Source of the DNA: an uncultured Bacteroidota bacterium
GTDB lineage: Bacteria > Bacteroidota > Bacteroidia > Bacteroidales > WCHB1-69
Length of the DNA stretch: 38,261 bases
Reading direction: 5' to 3'
Assembly (NCBI GenBank): GCA_902774205.1
Contig: CACYHL010000002.1
Span: 7,288 to 45,548, forward strand
This document shows positions 1 through 9,110 of this stretch, piece after piece. The position numbers and the translations under genes are program-made. The notes under the pieces were generated by a model. The model had not been told where the DNA came from. It did not search any database and was given only the letters and a program-made list of their open reading frames with translations. Within the stretch, counting starts at the first letter, position 1; every line of letters begins with the position of its first letter.

Positions 1-1
1 G

Positions 2-154
2 GCACGGCGGTACGTCTCAAACGCCGAAGAGGTCATAAAAAAAGCAAATTATGACTCAGAACTGAATATTTATACCGACAGCAAATACATTAAGATGGCA
101 GGCGCACCTAACACCACACTGCCGTGTGGTGTTGTCGATGCACGCGCACGATGA
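2..154 (+). pseudogene. Truncated DUF5618-like gene fragment (5' end outside window)
   Basis: Frame 2 reads ARRYVSNAEEVIKKANYDSELNIYTDSKYIKMAG, which resembles the DUF5618 N-terminus from memory. The similarity stops after KMAG and TGA follows at 152-154. Confidence 0.5.
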
Positions 155-301
155 GCATCTCGGAGAGATGCAACAGACTATGCTGGATGCAGTGACAGTG
201 AGGTCTCGCATATCTCCGATATGCAAGAGCAGCTGCGTCTATCACTCCACCATGCTGCGCTCCGCTTGTATGGTGTTCATAGCACTGCGTGCGTGGCGCC
301 T
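100..301. repeat. Hairpin-rich REP/MITE-like element
   Basis: Stems at 110-119/124-133, 155-161/165-171 and 208-214/218-224; bounded by AGGCGC (100-105) and GCGCCT (296-301). Confidence 0.45.
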
Positions 302-461
302 CTCCGCGGCTTCTTACTACATCAAGCCGCGGCTTTCAAACTGCGTTTTTTGCCTACATAAAAACATGCAGTATGCCCAGTTTCCTGATAAGAGATATCA
401 ATACTTTGTCGTATTTTTGCATTCATAATAATATGATGTCAAAAACGTACAAAACAATATT

Positions 462-959
462 ATGAACTGGACCATCATCATCATTGAAACCCTCGTCTTG
501 ACCGCTGCGTTCACGGCCATGATTCTGATTCCACTTGTGAAGAACCCCGTTTGGTGGATTGCGGACTACCCCGAGGAGATTCAGGAGGAGTATTTCAAGA
601 CACACGAGCGCATTCCGTCAAAGTTCTTCAGCCCCACAGTGTTACTGAAGAAAGGCATGGCGCTACTCATCGCCCTCGCACTGTTGCTGCTGGTGGTCAA
701 ACTGGCCGGCGCCTATGATTTCTGGTCGGCACTGGGGGTGGGCTACGGGATATGGCTGTTTATCGACTGGTACGACTGCTTCTTCCTCGACTGGGTGCTC
801 TTCGCCAACATGAAGTCCGTGCGTCTGCCCGGCACAGAGCACATGGACGAGGCCTATCACCAGAAGAAATACCATTTCATCCAATCCTGTTGGGGGATGC
901 TCATCGGCCTCATCCCCTGCCTCATCGACGCAGGACTGTATGCTTGGCTGTTTTTGTAA
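462..959 (+). CDS. Integral membrane protein of unknown function
   Basis: 165-aa ORF with about 4 hydrophobic helices; TATTTTTG promoter-like motif upstream. Confidence 0.85.
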   Translation: MNWTIIIIETLVLTAAFTAMILIPLVKNPVWWIADYPEEIQEEYFKTHERIPSKFFSPTVLLKKGMALLIALALLLLVVKLAGAYDFWSALGVGYGIWLFIDWYDCFFLDWVLFANMKSVRLPGTEHMDEAYHQKKYHFIQSCWGMLIGLIPCLIDAGLYAWLFL

Positions 960-988
960 AAGAACAAAGCCACATGGTTTATTTACTG

Positions 989-1017
989 AACCGCGGCTTT
1001 CGGGCTGCAGTTTTTTT
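989..1017 (+). terminator. Probable intrinsic terminator
   Basis: AACCGCGGC-TTTCGG-GCTGCAGTT imperfect stem followed by a T run. Confidence 0.55.
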
Positions 1018-1085
1018 GTAACTTTGCACCGTGGAACTTAACGAGAAAAATATATTTATTGTCATATACCAAAAAAAAACGTTAA

Positions 1086-4000
1086 ATGAGAAAAGTATTA
1101 TTATTCAGTATATTCTTGCTTAGTGTTCTCTTCTTAAGTGCACAGAACTACACACTTCGCCAAAACACGATAAGCAATCTTTCCATTGAGTTCAGCACGC
1201 CCCAATTACAGAGCAGCGTGGTGAAAGCTGGAGATACCCTCTATACTTTCCTCACCATGGATGGCTACGGCAACTCCACGAAAGTGGGTTTCCCGTCATT
1301 GCCGGAACTCACCAAGCTGATAGAGATTCCCTTGTGCGACGAGGTCAACGTCCATATTATGTCGGCAGATTATGAGGAATACGATGCTGCCACCTTGAAT
1401 GTGCTTTATCCTGTGATGCCCTGCCAGCAGAGCTATTCCAAGTCCCACACGGGAGAACGCCCATTCAACAAGAACCAAGTTGTCTATCGTACCGATGCTT
1501 TCTACACTTCGCAGCCGGAGGTAGTCACCGTCCATAAGATCGGCACCATGCGTGATATGAGTATGGCTAATGTGGTGGTGAGTCCCGTGGCCTATAACCC
1601 TGTCACGAACAAGATTAGGGTGTACAGCCGCATCAAGGTGGAGATTACTTACGAGAATGCCGACATTCCGGCTACCATGGAGATGAAGGACAAATACTAC
1701 AGTCCGTTGTTCCACGCTGCCAAGGAGGCCGTCATAAATCCGATGAACATGCGCAGTGAGTTCAACACCACTCCCATCAAATATCTGATCATCGCTAACG
1801 ACATGTTTGCCAACAACGAATATCTGATGTCTTTTGTCGACTGGAAAAAGCGTATCGGCTACCTTGTGGAAGTTGCTTACACGAATGTCATCGGCACCAC
1901 GACCACGGCCATCAGTAACTACATCCAAGCCGAGTACGCCAATGCTACGGCTGAAAATCCGGCACCCACCTTTGTTCTGCTCGTCGGCGACATCGATCAG
2001 ATACCCACTTTCACGGGCTCTGATAATCACAAGACGGACTTGTACTATGCGACTTGTACTATGGGTGACAATCTGCCAGACTGCTACTATGGCCGCTTCT
2101 CGGCTGAGAATGTCGGTCAACTGCTTCCGCAGATTGAGAAAACTTTGATGTACGAGCAATATACCATGCCGGATCCATCCTACCTGGGCAAGGCTGTGTT
2201 GATTGCCGGAAACGACGACACCTGGGCTCCCACCCATCTCAACGGTCAGATTAACTATATCTTCGACAATTACATCACCACCACCTCCCCCACGCACAAT
2301 TACACCACGGTGTACAAACATTTGTATGACTGTTCCAGTCAGGCTGCGACTATCCGCCATGAGATTAGCGACGGATGTGGTTGGATCAACTATACGGCAC
2401 ATGGTTCTGGATACGGCTGGAACGAGCCCGCGTTCACCTGTGACCATGTGCCATACATGAACAATGCGAACAAATATGGTTTCATGATCGGGAACTGCTG
2501 TTTGTCCTGCACATTTGGATCGCCTGAGTGTTTTGCCGAAGCGCTCCTGCGTGTCCCTGACAAGGGAGCAGTCGGCTATATTGGCGGTTCCGACATTACT
2601 TATTGGGATGAGGATTTTTACTGGTCTGTCGGCTTCCGCAGCACCATCGACTCCAACCCGACTTACAATGCCAACTATCTAGGTGGATACGACAAACTCT
2701 TCCATACGCACGGGGAAAATCATGACAAATGGGTCACCAGCATTGCGGGTTTCATGACCGCCGGCAATCTGGCGGTTGAAAGCTCAAGCTCATATCTAAA
2801 GCAATACTACTGGGAGGTTTACCACCTGATGGGCGATCCTTCCCTGAAACCTTATATGGGTATTCCATCTAACTTAACCGTTAACTCCGATGATGTACTC
2901 TTGGTGGGCAGCACCAACTATGAGGTGCAAACCGTCCCTTACGCATACGTGGCCCTGACCTATAACAATGAGTTGGTGGCAGCCGCCTTCACGGATGCCT
3001 CCGGTTATGCAAACCTCACCTTCAGTGCTATCGACATCCTTGGTGATTATGAGTTGGCAGTTTCTGCACAAAACCACATCCAATTCTTCAAGACCGTGCA
3101 GGTTATTGCCCCAACAGGACCCTTTGTGGCCGTTTCCTCGTCCTCCTTGTCCGAGTCCAGTATCCCGCAGCCAGGCTCCACCGTCTATATGGATATAGCC
3201 CTAACCAACTACGGTGTGGCCACAGCCTCCAATGTTACTACCACACTCAGCAGCAGCTATCCTGGCGTACTCATCCTCCAAAACAGCGTGAGCGACATCA
3301 GTATCGCAGTTGATTCCACTAACACGCATAACAATGCTTTCACAATTGTGTTGCCTGCGGACGCCAAGGATGGCGACATCATCCCTTTTGTCATAACCAC
3401 CACCTTTGGCAACGAGACCACCACCAAGTATTTCACGATAATGGTTGTGACCCCGATATTTTCCATTGAGGACGTGGCACTTCAGAACGCAAACGGCACC
3501 ACCTCCTTCGCTCCTGGCGACATGGCAAATGTGACGGTGACCTACTCCAACATCGGCCACAGCTCACTTACTAATGCTATCTTGCACCTAACCAGCCATT
3601 ATAGTCTGGTGACTGTAAACACCCCGGCTCAGAACATTACGGAGCTGCCTACCGGTGCCTCTGCAACCGCACAGTATCAGGTGTCAATCGGCGTCTCTGT
3701 CCCAGACCTGACAACTGTACCGCTCTACGTGAAAGGCGTGGTAGGCCAGGATATCATCGTGGACACTATCTACTTGACAGTCGGTAGTATTACGGAAACC
3801 TTCGAGACGGGTGGTCTGACATCTTTCCCATGGCAGACCAACAACAACCCTTGGTTCGTCACCAATGAGCAGCCTTACGCCGGCAACTACTGCATCCGTT
3901 CCAAAGAGGACTTGAACGGAAACGATCAATCTGATTTCTCCATCACGATCAACTGCTCCGCCGCTGAAAACATCTCCTATTTCCGCAAAGTCTCTTCTGA

Positions 4001-4487
4001 GGATGGCTACGACTTCTTCAAGTTCTACATTGACGATACCGAGATGGACAGCCAAACGGGTTCCACCGATTGGTCACAAGCCTCCTTCCCTGTCAATCCC
4101 GGCACGCACACCTTCAAATTCAGCTATCAGAAGGACTCTGATATCATCGACGGCAGCGACTGCGCTTGGGTGGACAATATTGTTCTCCCTGGCATGGGGA
4201 CCCTGTGTGTGGAAGACATGGACGACAATGTTGGTGTTGAGACCCAAGAGGAGATATTTTACAGTGTATTTCCCAATCCTACAACGGGCTTACTCCATGT
4301 TCAATGCTCCGAACCGGTGCAGCAAATTGTGATCTACGACTTGAACGGTCGCCAGATTATGAGTTGCAATGGGCAATCCGAACAGTTTAATTCCCTCAAC
4401 GTCAACAGTCTTCCCAGCGGACTCTACTTTATCCGTATCCTCACTACCGGGCAACACGATTCTATCTCCAAGTTCATCAAACAATAG
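1086..4487 (+). CDS. C25 (gingipain-like) cysteine peptidase with propeptide and T9SS C-terminal sorting domain
   Basis: Signal peptide, propeptide (GFPSLP), LLVGD, catalytic YTAHG and GNCC motifs, HLMGDPS, Ig-like domains, and C-terminal VFPNPT...IYDLNGR...GLYFIRI...KFIKQ. Confidence 0.93.
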   Translation: MRKVLLFSIFLLSVLFLSAQNYTLRQNTISNLSIEFSTPQLQSSVVKAGDTLYTFLTMDGYGNSTKVGFPSLPELTKLIEIPLCDEVNVHIMSADYEEYDAATLNVLYPVMPCQQSYSKSHTGERPFNKNQVVYRTDAFYTSQPEVVTVHKIGTMRDMSMANVVVSPVAYNPVTNKIRVYSRIKVEITYENADIPATMEMKDKYYSPLFHAAKEAVINPMNMRSEFNTTPIKYLIIANDMFANNEYLMSFVDWKKRIGYLVEVAYTNVIGTTTTAISNYIQAEYANATAENPAPTFVLLVGDIDQIPTFTGSDNHKTDLYYATCTMGDNLPDCYYGRFSAENVGQLLPQIEKTLMYEQYTMPDPSYLGKAVLIAGNDDTWAPTHLNGQINYIFDNYITTTSPTHNYTTVYKHLYDCSSQAATIRHEISDGCGWINYTAHGSGYGWNEPAFTCDHVPYMNNANKYGFMIGNCCLSCTFGSPECFAEALLRVPDKGAVGYIGGSDITYWDEDFYWSVGFRSTIDSNPTYNANYLGGYDKLFHTHGENHDKWVTSIAGFMTAGNLAVESSSSYLKQYYWEVYHLMGDPSLKPYMGIPSNLTVNSDDVLLVGSTNYEVQTVPYAYVALTYNNELVAAAFTDASGYANLTFSAIDILGDYELAVSAQNHIQFFKTVQVIAPTGPFVAVSSSSLSESSIPQPGSTVYMDIALTNYGVATASNVTTTLSSSYPGVLILQNSVSDISIAVDSTNTHNNAFTIVLPADAKDGDIIPFVITTTFGNETTTKYFTIMVVTPIFSIEDVALQNANGTTSFAPGDMANVTVTYSNIGHSSLTNAILHLTSHYSLVTVNTPAQNITELPTGASATAQYQVSIGVSVPDLTTVPLYVKGVVGQDIIVDTIYLTVGSITETFETGGLTSFPWQTNNNPWFVTNEQPYAGNYCIRSKEDLNGNDQSDFSITINCSAAENISYFRKVSSEDGYDFFKFYIDDTEMDSQTGSTDWSQASFPVNPGTHTFKFSYQKDSDIIDGSDCAWVDNIVLPGMGTLCVEDMDDNVGVETQEEIFYSVFPNPTTGLLHVQCSEPVQQIVIYDLNGRQIMSCNGQSEQFNSLNVNSLPSGLYFIRILTTGQHDSISKFIKQ

Positions 4488-4604
4488 CTACAATACTGAA
4501 AGATGAGATGCTGCATTACCGGCTCTAAGATGTATCTTTGCAGCTTAAAAAAATGAGGATGATAATATAGACGCTGGCAGCAAAATGAGCAACTGAACCT
4601 CTAC

Positions 4605-4675
4605 TTCATCCAATCCTGCCGGAGTATTCATCGGCGCAGGACTGTACGTTTGGCTGTTTTTGTAAAAGAACAAAG
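4605..4675 (+). repeat. Degenerate direct copy of the 3' end of gene 462-959
   Basis: 4605-4618 is identical to 876-889; 4629-4675 closely matches 922-969 (GCAGGACTGTA..TTGGCTGTTTTTGTAAAAGAACAAAG). Confidence 0.85.
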
Positions 4676-4816
4676 AAAAAAAATATTGTGAAAGATTTCG
4701 GATTTCTTCGCAGCAGAAACCGCAAAATGGGTAATTCTTTCCGTAATCCGTTTAAACCGAGTATGAAATAATCTTCGTACTTTTGCATCGTAATATTGTC
4801 AATGAATAATACGAAT

Positions 4817-5353
4817 ATGAAAAGAGTAATTGTTATTTCGACGAGTCTTCGTCTTGATTCAAACAGCGACATGCTCGCTGACAGGTTCGTGGAAGGTGCC
4901 AAGGTTGCTGGAAACGAAGTGGAGAAGATTTCTCTCGTAGGAAAGAATATCCAGTTCTGCAAGGGATGTATGGCTTGCCAAAAACTGGGTAAGTGTATCA
5001 TTAACGATGATGTGAACGACATCATGGCAAAGGTGCTCGAGGCCGATGTCGTGGTGTGGGCTACACCTATTTACTATTATGAGATGAGCGGACAAATGAA
5101 GACACTCATCGACCGCATGAATGCCATGTATCCGCTGGAATATAAATTCCGCGATGTCTATCTGCTCACGACAGCTGCCGAGGATGAGGAAGGAACACCA
5201 AAGCGTGCCGAGGCGGGATTGACGGGATGGATTGACTGTTATCCCAAAAGCCGTTTAGCTGGCATGCTCTTTTGCGGAGGGGTGAACAATCCTCGTGAAA
5301 TAGATGGTAACGCTAAATTACAGGAAGCATTTGAAATGGGCAAAAGAATATAA
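4817..5353 (+). CDS. Flavodoxin family / NAD(P)H-dependent FMN reductase (iron-sulfur flavoprotein-like)
   Basis: STSLR..SNS, CKGCMACQKLGKC cluster motif, ATPIYYY, KTLIDR. Confidence 0.92.
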   Translation: MKRVIVISTSLRLDSNSDMLADRFVEGAKVAGNEVEKISLVGKNIQFCKGCMACQKLGKCIINDDVNDIMAKVLEADVVVWATPIYYYEMSGQMKTLIDRMNAMYPLEYKFRDVYLLTTAAEDEEGTPKRAEAGLTGWIDCYPKSRLAGMLFCGGVNNPREIDGNAKLQEAFEMGKRI

Positions 5354-5356
5354 GTT

Positions 5357-6490
5357 ATGAAGAAAATGATTTTATTCGCAGTACTCGTTGGCAGTTTGCT
5401 GACAGCCTGCACAAATAAAGAAGTAAAACAAACTACAGACAAGAATATGGCGCAGACATTGAATTTGACGCAGGAGTGGGACAAGGTGTTTCCACTGAGC
5501 GAGAAGGTGAACCACAAGAAGGTGAAATTTGAAACACAATATGGTATAACGCTGGCGGCAGACCTCTATGAACCCAAAAATGCCGAAAGCAAACTGCCCG
5601 CCATCGCTGTTAGCGGCCCGTTTGGAGCCACCAAAGAGCAGTCGAGCGGACTCTATGCGATGCGGATGGCAGAGCGTGGCTTTGTGACTCTAGCCTTCGA
5701 CCCGTCGTTCACTGGCGAAAGCAGTGGCGAACCCCGTCGCACAGCTTCACCCGACATCAATACCGAGGATTTCATGGCTGCCGTAGATTTCCTTTTGCAG
5801 TTGGACAATGTTGATGCTGAGAAGATTGGTATTATCGGCATCTGCGGATGGGGAGGCATTGCCCTAAATGCAGCTGCTACAGACCCGCGCATCAAGGCCA
5901 CCGTAGCCAGCACGATGTACGATATGACCCGTGTCAGTGGAAATGGGTACTACGACAGCGAGGATAAAGAGGAGTCGCGCCATGCTGCCCGTGAAGCTCT
6001 CGCCAAACAGCGTATTGCAGATCCTATGGCAATGGCCGGTGGTGTCGTTGACCCACTGCCCGATGATGCACCCCAATTTGTGAAGGACTACTATGACTAC
6101 TATAAAACTTCACGCGGCTATCATGCCCGCTCAGGAAACTCAAACGATGGCTGGCGTGTAATCGGCACACAAGCGTATTCCAACAGCCGATTCCTATACT
6201 ATATCAACGAGATTCGTTCTGCAGTCCTCGTGATGCATGGCGAAAAGGCACATTCACGCTATTTCGGTGAAGCAGCTTACAAATACATGGTGGAAGGCAA
6301 AGCCGATGGGTATAACTTCATTGGCAAGCCCAATCCCGTGCCTGAAAACAAACAGTTACTTATCATCCCTGGTGCCTCACATTGCGACCTTTATGATGGA
6401 GGATATATGGAGCTTGTAGGTAAGGGTGAAGCCAAGAATATGATTCCTTGGGACAAACTGGAAGAGTTCTTCAAGACAAACTTGAAATAA
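5357..6490 (+). CDS. Alpha/beta hydrolase lipoprotein
   Basis: Lipobox LTAC; GPFGATKEQ, FDPSFTGESSG, GICGWGG nucleophile elbow (Cys), SHCDLYD. Confidence 0.92.
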   Translation: MKKMILFAVLVGSLLTACTNKEVKQTTDKNMAQTLNLTQEWDKVFPLSEKVNHKKVKFETQYGITLAADLYEPKNAESKLPAIAVSGPFGATKEQSSGLYAMRMAERGFVTLAFDPSFTGESSGEPRRTASPDINTEDFMAAVDFLLQLDNVDAEKIGIIGICGWGGIALNAAATDPRIKATVASTMYDMTRVSGNGYYDSEDKEESRHAAREALAKQRIADPMAMAGGVVDPLPDDAPQFVKDYYDYYKTSRGYHARSGNSNDGWRVIGTQAYSNSRFLYYINEIRSAVLVMHGEKAHSRYFGEAAYKYMVEGKADGYNFIGKPNPVPENKQLLIIPGASHCDLYDGGYMELVGKGEAKNMIPWDKLEEFFKTNLK

Positions 6491-6491
6491 T

Positions 6492-7394
6492 ATGGCTGAG
6501 AAGAAGATTTTCAAAATCGATTCCGTTGATGCATACAACAGGCTGTACGGTTGGGAAACGTTACATCCGCTGGTGACAGTGGTGAATCACATGGCAGAAC
6601 TGCCAGTAAGTATGAACCACACGCGGCTGAACTACGGCCTCTATGCCCTGTTCCTGAAGCAGGGCGAGGGTTGCTCTATACGCTACGGGCGTGAGAAGTA
6701 TGACTATCAGGAGGGAACTGTCGTTAGTTTTAAGCCAGGACAGGTGGTAGAGGTGGAATGGGATGAGTCGAAGCCTATGCCACCTTCGCGGGGGCTTCTG
6801 TTCCATCCTGACTTGATCTATGGTACGCCTTTAGCCAAGCGCATCCACGACTATACCTTTTTCGACTACGACCAGCGCGAGGCCCTGCATCTCTCGGAGC
6901 GAGAACAACGTATCGTCAGCGACTTGCTCGACAGCATCGAGGAGGAATTGCAGCACCCCGTCGATAAGCACTCGCAGACGCTCATCACCGACGCCATCGG
7001 TATGCTGCTCGACTACTGTATGCGCTACTACGACCGCCAGTTTATCACCCGTCACAAGGTGAATAGTGACATCATGACCCGCTTCCAGCACGACCTGGAG
7101 GCATACTTCCGCAGTGGCGAGGCGGAGCTCAAGGGCCTGCCCACTGTGGCCTGCTTTGCAGACAAGGCCTGCCTCTCCCCCGGCTATTTCGGCGATCTCA
7201 TCAAAAAAGAAACGGGGCTCACGGCACAGCGCTACATCCAGAACAAAGTCATCGACCTCTCGAAACAGTACATCATGGACAAAGAGCTGACACTCAATCA
7301 GGTAGCCTACAAGCTCGGCTTCCAATATCCACAACACTTCACGCGACTGTTCAAGAAGGAGGTCGGCATGACACCGAGTGAGTATAGAAACTAA
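6492..7394 (+). CDS. AraC family transcriptional regulator
   Basis: C-terminal double HTH: LSPGYFGDLIKKETG and VAYKLGFQYPQHFTRLFKKEVGMTPSEYR. Confidence 0.95.
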   Translation: MAEKKIFKIDSVDAYNRLYGWETLHPLVTVVNHMAELPVSMNHTRLNYGLYALFLKQGEGCSIRYGREKYDYQEGTVVSFKPGQVVEVEWDESKPMPPSRGLLFHPDLIYGTPLAKRIHDYTFFDYDQREALHLSEREQRIVSDLLDSIEEELQHPVDKHSQTLITDAIGMLLDYCMRYYDRQFITRHKVNSDIMTRFQHDLEAYFRSGEAELKGLPTVACFADKACLSPGYFGDLIKKETGLTAQRYIQNKVIDLSKQYIMDKELTLNQVAYKLGFQYPQHFTRLFKKEVGMTPSEYRN

Positions 7395-7475
7395 AGTCTG
7401 GATGATCCGAGTATGGTTGGAACCGGTTACGGATGAACAATATACAATGGATTGAAATAATAAAGCAATATAAAT

Positions 7476-8156
7476 ATGAAGAAATTGGCATTATTTACAA
7501 TCGTGGCAGCGCTGATGACCGCCTGCTGCCTGATGACGACCGTTTTATTTACATCCTGCTTTTCACCCAACGGGCATTCGAAACATTATACCCCCGAGAT
7601 GATGGCAGAACATTATGAAATGTACAAGCAACAGATGGAAGAACTGCGGGATTATCTGCACCACGCTCTTAAAGACAGTTGCGTAATAGAAGTGGAATTT
7701 GATGGGGATAGTCTGAAGCACTTTTATATTGGTAACTATTATGGCTCTTCCGATTATTTCCACAAGGAAGCCCGTGCACATCAGGATTCCATGATGTCTG
7801 TCGTCGGGCTGACACGGCAGAAATTTGACGATATACAGCAAAAATTGAAATCAATGGGCTGTATAGGTGTAGAATATAATCAGTACATTCCGGATAAAAT
7901 AGTGATTCTTTTCCAGCGAGATGATATTGGGTGTTATAGCTACCTTATACAGACATATCCTATGACAGCCGAAAAGATAGCTAATGCTATAGATTTTCCT
8001 TTACATATCCCATACAATAACTATTGCATTTTTGACTATGATGGGAGCATGGGGGCGTTTGATACGGGAGGATGGAACGAAAGCGAAAAGAAACAGTTCT
8101 TGAAAAAACAGAAGTTGAAAAGAGTTTTATTGCAATGTGGGTTATGTGTATTATAA
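7476..8156 (+). CDS. Hypothetical lipoprotein
   Basis: 226-aa ORF with signal peptide and candidate lipobox Cys residues (TAC, FTSC). Confidence 0.75.
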   Translation: MKKLALFTIVAALMTACCLMTTVLFTSCFSPNGHSKHYTPEMMAEHYEMYKQQMEELRDYLHHALKDSCVIEVEFDGDSLKHFYIGNYYGSSDYFHKEARAHQDSMMSVVGLTRQKFDDIQQKLKSMGCIGVEYNQYIPDKIVILFQRDDIGCYSYLIQTYPMTAEKIANAIDFPLHIPYNNYCIFDYDGSMGAFDTGGWNESEKKQFLKKQKLKRVLLQCGLCVL

Positions 8157-8223
8157 ATTAAAAATCAATTTTTGCAATAAAATAAAAACAAAGTCGTTTG
8201 TTCTTAAAAAGAAGTTTATTCCA

Positions 8224-8676
8224 ATGTTTGAAGCATTAAGGAAATATGGCTCAGTTGTTATGCTCATTTTGACAAGCATGGTTTTGGTTTGCTTTGTTGC
8301 AAATGAATATGGAGACACTCAAAAAATGGCTAACACAACCTATGCCTCCGTTTGCATGGCTGTTGTTGACGACTTGGAATTAGATGACAACGATGAAGAT
8401 GGAGATGAAGATGAAAATGACAAAAATCATTTCTATGAAGATAGAATATTTGGATCAATACAACTGATTGGAAATCAATGTTATAATACTAAAAAAAACA
8501 AATGTTCAAAGGCTATATTGAGAGGACAGGTAAGGCGTTACTCGCCCCGAAATAACCTCTCCAGCAGCCATAACTATACCCTTTTGTCAATCATAAAAAG
8601 TGGTGTGGATTTATTCCATGCCACTTTTTTTTATACAATTCATTCAATTATTAATCAAAACACTAATCTCAAATGA
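8224..8676 (+). CDS. Hypothetical protein with N-terminal hydrophobic segment and acidic tract
   Basis: ATG at 8224; DDLELDDNDEDGDEDEND tract; stop overlaps the next start (ATGA). Confidence 0.5.
   Translation: MFEALRKYGSVVMLILTSMVLVCFVANEYGDTQKMANTTYASVCMAVVDDLELDDNDEDGDEDENDKNHFYEDRIFGSIQLIGNQCYNTKKNKCSKAILRGQVRRYSPRNNLSSSHNYTLLSIIKSGVDLFHATFFYTIHSIINQNTNLK
8595..8632 (+). terminator. Terminator-like hairpin inside ORF 8224-8676
   Basis: AAAAAGTGGTGTGGA-TTTAT-TCCATGCCACTTTTT followed by further Ts. Confidence 0.55.
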
Positions 8677-9110
8677 AAAAAATGTTTTTTTTAATCATGC
8701 TTATGGCTTTTGCATTTAGCCTTGGAGCTTGCACAAGCGAGAAACCTCTCAGTTTCGACCAGATTCCGCAAAATGCACAAAACGTTATCACCAAGTATTT
8801 CAGCAAGGAAGACATCTTGCTCATCAAGTTAGATAAAGAAGGCTTGATGACAGAGTATGAGGTAAAACTAAAGGATGGCACCGAGTTATCGTTCGACCGC
8901 AAAGGGAATCTGACTAAAATCGATTGCCAATTGCAAAAAGTCCCTGATGGACTTGTTCCAGAAAACGTACTTGCGTATGTGAATTCGAATCATCCAGATA
9001 CTTTCATCACCGAATGGAGCAAGGACGACTTGCGATGGAAGGCAGAGTTGAACAACAGCCTGAAACTCGTCTTTAACAACGGTGGTGAATTTATTCGATA
9101 TGACGATTAG
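8673..9110 (+). CDS. PepSY-like domain lipoprotein
   Basis: Lipobox LGAC; two repeats of the YEVKLKDGTELSFDRKG / WKAELNNSLKLVFNNGG type. Confidence 0.88.
   Translation: MKKMFFLIMLMAFAFSLGACTSEKPLSFDQIPQNAQNVITKYFSKEDILLIKLDKEGLMTEYEVKLKDGTELSFDRKGNLTKIDCQLQKVPDGLVPENVLAYVNSNHPDTFITEWSKDDLRWKAELNNSLKLVFNNGGEFIRYDD

Noticed and set aside
30-41. AGGTCATAAAAA matching the 3' part of the cassette repeat
   Set aside because: Short A-rich match inside a coding frame; rest of the repeat absent.
126-428. 100-aa ORF on + strand
   Set aside because: GTG start, runs through hairpins and a terminator, no protein-like features.
1296-2447. 383-aa antisense ORF (and similar ones, e.g. 12950-14479 and 33491-34174)
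   Set aside because: Shadow frames of well-supported GC-rich genes on the opposite strand.
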